This document shows, in pieces, positions 54,189 to 60,986 of a stretch of 64,000 bases of DNA (its first letter is position 1; each line of letters begins with the position of its first letter). The translations under genes were made by a program, and so were the position numbers. The notes beneath the pieces are model-generated. The model ran no database searches. It was given only the letters and a program-made list of their open reading frames with translations, and was not told the origin of the DNA. This DNA comes from Candidatus Aminicenantes bacterium (GTDB lineage Bacteria; Acidobacteriota; Aminicenantia; Aminicenantales; Saccharicenantaceae). The DNA lies in contig CAVZBY010000011.1 of NCBI GenBank assembly GCA_963773685.1, positions 469,532 through 533,531 on the forward strand. Reading direction: 5' to 3'.

Positions 54189-54217
54189 AAAATAGCCCAC
54201 GGTCGGGGGGAAGTCAA
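54189..54217 (-). promoter_or_regulatory. candidate sigma-70 promoter of the riboswitch-tupABC-moe/moa operon
   Basis: The minus strand reads TTGACT (54217-54212), a 17-nt spacer, then TATTTT (54194-54189), just upstream of the aptamer. Confidence 0.4.
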
Positions 54218-54343
54218 CCCCATAAAGGCCCCGGGGCCTTAAGGGTGTTACCCTGAGCCATGATCCTTGCCCCCGCCTTGGAAAGCATGGGCATGGAGTC
54301 GGCGAGCGGGTCGACCCCCGCCTCCCCGCAATAGATGCCGGGA

Positions 54344-54892
54344 TCAGGCCAAACCGAGGTCCCCGTCGATGCCCTGCATGGCGGCGAGGGCGATGGCGAT
54401 GAAAGCGTCGAGATCGAGGCCCAGATTCACGCACTTCTCGATCTCCTCGCGGCGGGCGCCCTTGGCGAAGCTCTTCTCCTTGTAGCGCCGCTTCACGAAC
54501 TCGAGGTCGATGGCCTTGAGCCTCTTTTCGGGATGCATCAGGGTCGCGGCGATGATCAGCCCGGTCAGGGGATCGATGGAATAGATGGCCCAGTCCATGG
54601 GGCTCTCGCAGGGGACCTTCCCGGCGTGGGCCCGGACCGCGTGGACGACGGCGGGATCGGTGCCCAATCCCTCGAGGACCTTCGCCGTCTCCACCGTGTG
54701 GAGCTCGGGGCTCTTCTCCGTTACCTCGTAATCGAGGTCATGGACGAGCCCGGCCAGCCCCCACGGTTCCGGATCGTGGCCGAGCCGCACGGCCAGCGCC
54801 TTCATGCAGGCCTCGACCGCGAGGCAATGCTTGATAAGGTTCCTGTTCTTCAAATGGGCGTGCACCAGCGACAGGGCGTCTTCGCGTTTCAT
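54344..54892 (-). CDS. HD-domain (HDIG-like) metal-dependent phosphohydrolase
   Basis: 182 aa from the ATG at 54892. It has NLIKHCLAVEACMKALA and GLVHDLDY (H..HD motif). The upstream part of the track ORF is an open-frame extension. Confidence 0.7.
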   Translation of the reverse strand: MKREDALSLVHAHLKNRNLIKHCLAVEACMKALAVRLGHDPEPWGLAGLVHDLDYEVTEKSPELHTVETAKVLEGLGTDPAVVHAVRAHAGKVPCESPMDWAIYSIDPLTGLIIAATLMHPEKRLKAIDLEFVKRRYKEKSFAKGARREEIEKCVNLGLDLDAFIAIALAAMQGIDGDLGLA

Positions 54893-56286
54893 TTCGGCGT
54901 CTCCTTTTTCTCCGTCTCTTCCTTCTTCTTCTCGGAGGGCTTTTCGATGACGTAGGGGACCTCGGATTCGCGGGACTGCTTGGCGTCGGTCACCGAGACC
55001 CCGATGATATAGGAGCCCTCGGCCGCCGCGAACCATGTCCAGGCGCTCTTCTCGGAGGCCTTCTGGGCGACCTCACGCTTGTCTCCGGACCTGACATAGA
55101 ATTCGTATCGGGGCAGGTGAAACCCGACGACGGAAACGGTGAAGGGGATCTCGTCCCCCGCCGGCTGGGGCGAGGCCTTCTTGGCCGACAGGACGACCTG
55201 GACGTCCTTCCTCAGGAAGACGACCTTGCCCTGGTCGGTCGCGACGTCGTATTGTACGACCACGATCAGGGGGTCGACCCACACGGCGTTCGTCGCGAGA
55301 TCCTTCCCGGCCTTGAACGCGCCCTCTGTCTTTCCCGTCGCGGCATCGAAGGCGGGGAGTCTTTCCGAAAGCGAGGCTGCGATCACCTTTCCGTCCGCCA
55401 TCGCGAGGTCGTAGGGCGTCCTGGAGGGGATGTTCGCCCACCAAATGACGTCGCCGCCCGATCCCCGCAGGCAATAGAGCGCGCTGTTCGTCGCCGGCAG
55501 ATAGAGCCTCCCTTTGAGGACGACCGGTTCGGCGGCGGCAAAACCCCCGAGCCGGACCCGCCATTTCGGCCGGGCCGCCCCGATCTCCAGGCGATAGAAC
55601 CAACGGTCCACGGTACCGAAGAAAAGGGCATCCCCATCGACCGCCATCGGCCCGGCGAGCTTGGCGGAGGCACGATAGGTCCAGAGCGGCTTTCCCCCGA
55701 GGTCGAGGACATGGATCGTTCCGTCTTCGGTGCCGAAGACGATCCGGGCACCCGAGATCAGGGGGCCGTTGACGATCGCCTTGCCCGGCCCGAATACGCG
55801 CTCGTCCTTTCCGTCGATAGCGATCGACCAGAGATTCCCTTTCGCGGTGCCGAAAAGGACCCGGCCCCCGCCCTCGACGACGGGCGTCAGGATCTTCTCG
55901 GGTACGGATCTCTTCCACAGAAGCTCGCCGCCGGAACTCAGGGCGTAGAGAACGTCGGCCTCGTCGCGGGCATAGATGCTGGTCGCGCCCGCGAACGGAG
56001 GTTCGAGAAGACGGTTGTCCGTCTTGAAGCTCCAGGTTTCCTTCTTTCCGGCCACATCGATGCACCGGATGAACCCGGACCGGGTGTTCAGGTAGACGTC
56101 CCCCCCCCGGGCCCTGACGACCGCCGCCGGGCGGCCGGAAAAAGGCACCGAGCCGTCCTCGACAACGGGAAACGCAACCCCCGTGGGATAGGGAGCGATC
56201 CTGGGCTTGAGGAGGCGGCAGGCCGGGACCGCCAGGACGGCCCCCAGGAGCAGAACGAGGATCTGAGGTCTTTTCATCGGATTCAA
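54889..56286 (-). CDS. PQQ-like beta-propeller repeat lipoprotein (BamB-like fold) with C-terminal Ig-like/low-complexity tail
   Basis: 465 aa with a signal/lipobox (LLLGAVLAVPAC). It has repeated ..G.L.A(L/I)D..G...W.. propeller blades (YALSSGGELLWKR, IHVLDLGGKPLWTY, LYCLRGSGGDVIWW) and a KKKEETEKKETPK tail. Confidence 0.7.
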   Translation of the reverse strand: MNPMKRPQILVLLLGAVLAVPACRLLKPRIAPYPTGVAFPVVEDGSVPFSGRPAAVVRARGGDVYLNTRSGFIRCIDVAGKKETWSFKTDNRLLEPPFAGATSIYARDEADVLYALSSGGELLWKRSVPEKILTPVVEGGGRVLFGTAKGNLWSIAIDGKDERVFGPGKAIVNGPLISGARIVFGTEDGTIHVLDLGGKPLWTYRASAKLAGPMAVDGDALFFGTVDRWFYRLEIGAARPKWRVRLGGFAAAEPVVLKGRLYLPATNSALYCLRGSGGDVIWWANIPSRTPYDLAMADGKVIAASLSERLPAFDAATGKTEGAFKAGKDLATNAVWVDPLIVVVQYDVATDQGKVVFLRKDVQVVLSAKKASPQPAGDEIPFTVSVVGFHLPRYEFYVRSGDKREVAQKASEKSAWTWFAAAEGSYIIGVSVTDAKQSRESEVPYVIEKPSEKKKEETEKKETPK

Positions 56287-56447
56287 GCGTTTATAATATC
56301 ATTATCTTATCGCCGGCTCAACGGCCTCTCGATTCAGAAGGCTCTCCAGGAGGCCTGGGGGCGCCCCTGGCGCGCCCCCCTGCCCCATGAGCCTGCTCAG
56401 ATGTCGATATCCGGTAAATGACATGAATTGCGGTCGAAAAGGGCATA

Positions 56448-56461
56448 TTTTTGGCCAAAAA
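56448..56461. promoter_or_regulatory. 14-bp perfect palindrome, possible enhancer-binding-protein site (UAS)
   Basis: TTTTTGGCCAAAAA lies about 170 bp upstream of the sigma-54-like promoter, in an AT-richer divergent intergenic region. Confidence 0.25.
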
Positions 56462-56616
56462 GTGGGTAAATAACCGGGATCGGCTTAAAAGAATCCGCTC
56501 CGGAAAGGCGCCTTCAGGCTAGCCCTCAAATCAGCGGTCGGGATCTTCGACGGAAAAGGCGAAATAACGCCGGCTTTACGGCCAAATTCCTGTCTTTGGG
56601 ACCGGAATGGCCCTGT

Positions 56617-56632
56617 TGGCCGTACCGTTGCC
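56617..56632 (+). promoter_or_regulatory. candidate sigma-54 (-24/-12) promoter
   Basis: TGGCCG-TACCG-TTGCC has GG and GC at exactly the consensus spacing of TGGCAC-N5-TTGCW. It lies about 155 nt upstream of the ATG at 56786. A sigma-54 activator is encoded just downstream (60987). Confidence 0.45.
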
Positions 56633-56785
56633 GATTCGCTCTCTCTGACGTCCTTATAGACATCCCTTGGCCGAGGGCCTTTTCCACGCCTTTAGGGTCC
56701 CGAAAAGGGTATCTCCCCCCATGCGCGGCCCGCCTCGCAAAGCCTCCAAGATAGTGATAGAATCCATATTCGAGGAGAACCCAGG

Positions 56786-59530
56786 ATGAAAAGGACGATC
56801 ATTGCGGCCCTTCTGTCGCTCGTGTTGGCCAGGCCGGGGATGGCCGAGCTCTCCAGCCTCTCCCAGCTCTATGCCCAAGGCAAGACTGTCCAGGACCTCG
56901 ACGGCGACGGGCACGGCGAAAAGATCGCCATGTCCATCATCATTCCGGACAACGCTTCCGCCTCGGAAATAGCCCTGGCATCGGACATCGCGGCCCGGGT
57001 CAATCTGGAAAGCCTGGCCCAGGATTTCACCCTCGTCCGCCGGGAATCCGAGGTGACGAGCTGGGAATTCCTGCTCAATCCCGTCCTCATCGGCTCGAAC
57101 GTCCGCTGGGCGAGGGACATTATCAGGGACCGGAAGATGGACCTCGCGAGCCTTGGCCCGGACGGGGGGATCGTTTTCGTGTTCTCCCATAAGGGCCAGC
57201 GGGGGATCGCCTGCGTCGCCGGATCGGACGACGCCCTCCTGAGGGCCGGCCGGGCCTTCTTCCTGCGATGGCCCTATTTCTGGGAGGTCTGGGGCCGGGA
57301 AACCGGGGCCACGCTCCTTTCCTTCGAAAACGACCTCGCCGCGTTCCTCCTCCAGGAGGAGGTTCATCTCCTGAAAACCGTTGTCCGGGAAGCCTCCTAC
57401 GAATTCCCGCCCCGGGCGGCGGCCAAAGGCGCGCTGAAGAGCCTGGACTTCTCGTCGGGCGAGATCCGCGAGCTCGTCGTGGAGATCCATTTCACCGACG
57501 ACGACGATCAGGAAAAGGCCTACCGGGCGTTGGAGATCCTCGCAGGACAGCGCCCCAAAGGCCTGCGCTCCGACGTCCTCTCCTATCCGGCCTGCGCCCT
57601 GATCTCCTTCGAGCTGATGTACGGCAAGAAGAAGCTCGAGGTGGGCCTGCCCCGGCCCGGATCGACCCGGCGCCTCCTCACGCCCGCGTTCAAGGAAGAG
57701 CCCAAAGCCGAAGCCGGCGCCAGGGATTTCGACCTGCTCGACCTTTTCACGACGAAAGGCCTTTACGCGGACAGGGACGGCGACGGGATCCTCGACGGCC
57801 TCGACGCCGCGGTCGTCATCCCGGCCGGCCTGGGCGGCAAGGGCGTTGCGGGTCTCGCCGCCAAGCTCGTCCTCCCCACGGCCGGGGCGTCGTTCCCCAT
57901 CGTCTTCCTCGATTCGGAGATCGAGCGGCCCAAGGGGCTGACGGCGCCGGTGCTCGTGGGGGAGAACCGGCTCACGCTGGACCTCGTCCGCACGGGGAAG
58001 CTCCTTCTGCCGGACCTCGAGAACGCCCGGGGCCTGGTCCGGGTCGTTCCGAAGGCCTTCAACGACACGAACGCCCTCGTCGTCCATGCCGCGGACACGC
58101 CGGGCCTCGAGAAGGTCCTCTCCTACCTCGCGGGATCATTCCCTTATTTCGACGAATACAGGGAAGGACGCCCGAAGCTCCTGGACGTGCCGACCGATCT
58201 CGCGGCATTCCTCAAAGGGGAGAAAGGCGGCGCGGAATCCTTTTTCGCCGTCCGTCTCAAGGGCCTCGCCGCGGAGCTGGCCGGCACCGAGCTCGAGTCC
58301 GTCGCCGTTCGCCTGACCCTGCCCCGGGCCAATCCCGCCTTCGAGGACGCCGTGCGCAAGGACGTCGAAAGCCTTCTCGGTCCGCGGGCCATCGCGGTCG
58401 AGACGCGCTCCCTCCGGGACGGCAAGGCCGTCTTCGAAAAAGAAAAGGAATTCGATTGGGAGGTCGACGAATCGCTGGCCCTCCTCAGGGAACGCCTGCC
58501 GTCCGTTGGCGAAGGGAGGCCGATCCGCATAAGCCTGGGGGTCAGCGAATCCCCCAAGGTCCGGGCAAAAGTGAAGGGGCTTATCGAGGGCCTCCTGGCC
58601 GAGCACGGTCTCGCCGGCGCCGAGGTGGAGGTCGCCTCGGCCTACAAGCAGGGTTTCTACTGGCTCACCGAAAAAGTGGCCCCTTCCCTCAAGGGGAGAC
58701 CGGTCCATCGCCTGACCGTGCGGTTCCGGGCGGACGAAGACCCGCGGAATGCGCTCAAGCGGTCCTACGCCGAGCCTTACCGGTGGCTGCACGAGCTATA
58801 CCCCGCCGACGAGATCATCGCCAGGGAGCTCCAGATCCCTGTCGAGAAGATCGAGTTCGAGACCAAGCCCGCGGCCGGTCCTGTATACGAGGCCCTGGCC
58901 TTCGACGAGAAGAACGGCCTCATATCGCAACAATCGTTCTCGCCGCGGACCCGGGAGATCGACTTCCTCAATGTCCTCCCGGAGTGGGGCCGGGTCCTGG
59001 CGACGACCGGCTGGCTGAAGCTCGAGGCCGGAAAAGAGACCGTCCTCGACGTCGCGATCCGGACGGACCTCGAGAGGTTCTGGGAGTTCTTCCAGGAGGA
59101 GGTCCTGCGGCCCGTCCACGCCCACGTCCTCCGGAAGACCGGCCATGACCCCGTATTCGCCAAGCAGCCCTATTTCAAGCGGCTCCTCGTCGAGCTCTGG
59201 GCCAGCGAGCCCGATTACCGCCTCGGGGTCGACGAGGAGGCCGTCAGCAGCCTGGAATCCATCCACGACGAGATCTATTTCGACACGCTCGACCTTCTCC
59301 GGGGCATCACGCGGTTCGGCGACGGCGACGCCGCCCTGCCGGAGGACACGTCCCGCGCGTCCGCTCCGGGGAACGTCCTTCCGGTCATCCACCCGTCGAG
59401 CGAAGGGGGGAAGGCGCGGGTCCGGGTGGCGTTCGAGGACTGGACCGGCGGCGGGCCCGGAAATGGAGGTCCGATGGAAGGAGCCGGGCCGCGAAGAGGC
59501 CGTCCGGACGTTCGCATTCCCGGCCCTTAA
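56786..59530 (+). CDS. large secreted hypothetical protein (N-terminal ~890 aa of a probable ~1380-aa M14-peptidase-domain protein)
   Basis: It has a GAGGAG RBS, signal peptide MKRTIIAALLSLVLARPGMA, and Asp/Gly calcium-binding-like motifs (DLDGDGHGE, DRDGDGILDGLD). The last ~24 codons (GNGGPMEGAGPRRGRPDVRIPGP*) look like out-of-frame sequence. Confidence 0.6.
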   Translation: MKRTIIAALLSLVLARPGMAELSSLSQLYAQGKTVQDLDGDGHGEKIAMSIIIPDNASASEIALASDIAARVNLESLAQDFTLVRRESEVTSWEFLLNPVLIGSNVRWARDIIRDRKMDLASLGPDGGIVFVFSHKGQRGIACVAGSDDALLRAGRAFFLRWPYFWEVWGRETGATLLSFENDLAAFLLQEEVHLLKTVVREASYEFPPRAAAKGALKSLDFSSGEIRELVVEIHFTDDDDQEKAYRALEILAGQRPKGLRSDVLSYPACALISFELMYGKKKLEVGLPRPGSTRRLLTPAFKEEPKAEAGARDFDLLDLFTTKGLYADRDGDGILDGLDAAVVIPAGLGGKGVAGLAAKLVLPTAGASFPIVFLDSEIERPKGLTAPVLVGENRLTLDLVRTGKLLLPDLENARGLVRVVPKAFNDTNALVVHAADTPGLEKVLSYLAGSFPYFDEYREGRPKLLDVPTDLAAFLKGEKGGAESFFAVRLKGLAAELAGTELESVAVRLTLPRANPAFEDAVRKDVESLLGPRAIAVETRSLRDGKAVFEKEKEFDWEVDESLALLRERLPSVGEGRPIRISLGVSESPKVRAKVKGLIEGLLAEHGLAGAEVEVASAYKQGFYWLTEKVAPSLKGRPVHRLTVRFRADEDPRNALKRSYAEPYRWLHELYPADEIIARELQIPVEKIEFETKPAAGPVYEALAFDEKNGLISQQSFSPRTREIDFLNVLPEWGRVLATTGWLKLEAGKETVLDVAIRTDLERFWEFFQEEVLRPVHAHVLRKTGHDPVFAKQPYFKRLLVELWASEPDYRLGVDEEAVSSLESIHDEIYFDTLDLLRGITRFGDGDAALPEDTSRASAPGNVLPVIHPSSEGGKARVRVAFEDWTGGGPGNGGPMEGAGPRRGRPDVRIPGP

Positions 59531-60932
59531 GGTCGCGAATGTCCGCGTCCCCGGTTTCATCTATAACGGTCAGGAAGACCGGATGGAGAAGCTCTTCCTG
59601 GAGATGGAGGCCGGGACGGAATCCGACTACCTGACGCTCCTGGACCTCGCGGGGTCCTTGAGGACGCTGGTGGGCCGGGGGCTCGTGACCGGCCCCTTCG
59701 ACTATCCGAAGCTCGGGACGGTCGCGGCCCGGTTCCGGTGGAAGGAGCTCATCAAGGAGGAGAACCTGCCCGTCGTCGGGGCTTCGCCGGAGGCCCGGCC
59801 TCTTCCCGTGCCCCCGGGGCCGGAAGAGACGCTGGTCCGCACCGACGAGATCCTTTCCCCGGAGGCGGCCCTGGACATCATCGAGCGGCTCGGCACCTTC
59901 GGCGCCGTCCGGGCCTATACCGGGGGGCGGTCCTACGAGGACAGGCCCGTTCCGGTCATCGAGATCTTCGCCCCCCGGGAAGGGATCGTATCGACCGCCC
60001 GGCTCATCACGTTCAAGCCGACGCTCCAGCTGAGCGCCCGCCAGCATGCCAACGAGATCTCCTCGACGAACTATACCCTCAGGCTGGCCGAGCTCCTCGC
60101 CCGTGACCGCGCCTGGCAGGACGCCGCCCGGAAGATCAATTTCGTCATCCAGCCCATGGAGAACCCCGACGGGGCCGCCCTCGCCTTCGAGCTCGCCCGG
60201 CTCGCGCCCTTCCACAGCCTGCACGCCGGGCGCTACGGCTCCCTCGGGGTCGATATCGGCGCCCAGGTCGACGCCGGACGGCCCGTCCTCCCGGAGGCCG
60301 CGGTCCGGACGGAGCTGTACGACAAGTGGCTGCCGGACATCTACCTGAATCTCCACGGCTATCCCTCCCACGAGTGGGTCCAGCAGTTCTCCAATTATTC
60401 CCCCTACCTCTTCCGCGATTATCGCGTCCCCCGCGGATGGTTCGCCTATTTCCGGGCGCCGGACCTCGCCATCTACGAGAAATGGAAGGCCGCCGGGCAG
60501 GAGCTCCTGTCCTTCATCACCCGGGAGATCCAGACGGACGAGAGGAGCCGCGAATCGAACAAGCGTCTCTACGACAGATACGGCCGCTGGGCGTCCCGCT
60601 GGCAGCCCCATCTCAGCCCCCTCGAGGTCACCGACGGGGTCAACGTTTACGCCAAGCGGCGGTCGTCCCGGGAGACCCGTCTGACCTTCCGGAGCCGCCT
60701 CACGTTCGTCGACGAAACGCCCGAGCTCATGGACGAAACGGCCTCGGGGGCCTGGCTGAGCTTCCTCTGCGAACAGGGCTTGGCCTACCTCAAGGCCCAT
60801 GTCAAATACCTCAGCCAGGTCCGGTTCGCGACGGCCCGCATCGAAGAGGAGGTCGCGGGGAGGGTCCGCGTCGAATTCCACCGGGAACGGCCCGGAACGA
60901 TGCCCGCGGCCGAGCGGGCCCCCGGAGATTGA
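59463..60932 (+). CDS. M14-family zinc carboxypeptidase-like domain protein (probably the C-terminal part of the preceding gene after a +1 frame change near 59459)
   Basis: The frame has been open since 59145. From 59460 it reads EMEVRWKEPGREEAV.., later SARQHANEISS (HxxE zinc motif), VIQPMENPDGAA, and LNLHGYPSHEW (third zinc His). The first in-frame ATG is at 59463. Confidence 0.65.
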   Translation: MEVRWKEPGREEAVRTFAFPALKVANVRVPGFIYNGQEDRMEKLFLEMEAGTESDYLTLLDLAGSLRTLVGRGLVTGPFDYPKLGTVAARFRWKELIKEENLPVVGASPEARPLPVPPGPEETLVRTDEILSPEAALDIIERLGTFGAVRAYTGGRSYEDRPVPVIEIFAPREGIVSTARLITFKPTLQLSARQHANEISSTNYTLRLAELLARDRAWQDAARKINFVIQPMENPDGAALAFELARLAPFHSLHAGRYGSLGVDIGAQVDAGRPVLPEAAVRTELYDKWLPDIYLNLHGYPSHEWVQQFSNYSPYLFRDYRVPRGWFAYFRAPDLAIYEKWKAAGQELLSFITREIQTDERSRESNKRLYDRYGRWASRWQPHLSPLEVTDGVNVYAKRRSSRETRLTFRSRLTFVDETPELMDETASGAWLSFLCEQGLAYLKAHVKYLSQVRFATARIEEEVAGRVRVEFHRERPGTMPAAERAPGD

Positions 60933-60986
60933 AAAGCGGGCCGCGAATTGATAAGATGAGGGCACGCGTACGGGCGATGAGCTGAC

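Noticed and set aside
56359-56382. A GC hairpin GGGGGCGC..GCGCCCCC in the PQQ-propeller/M14 divergent region.
   Set aside because: It is an 8-bp stem without a U-tract and lies upstream of both genes' starts. It has no clear role and is likely incidental in GC-rich DNA.
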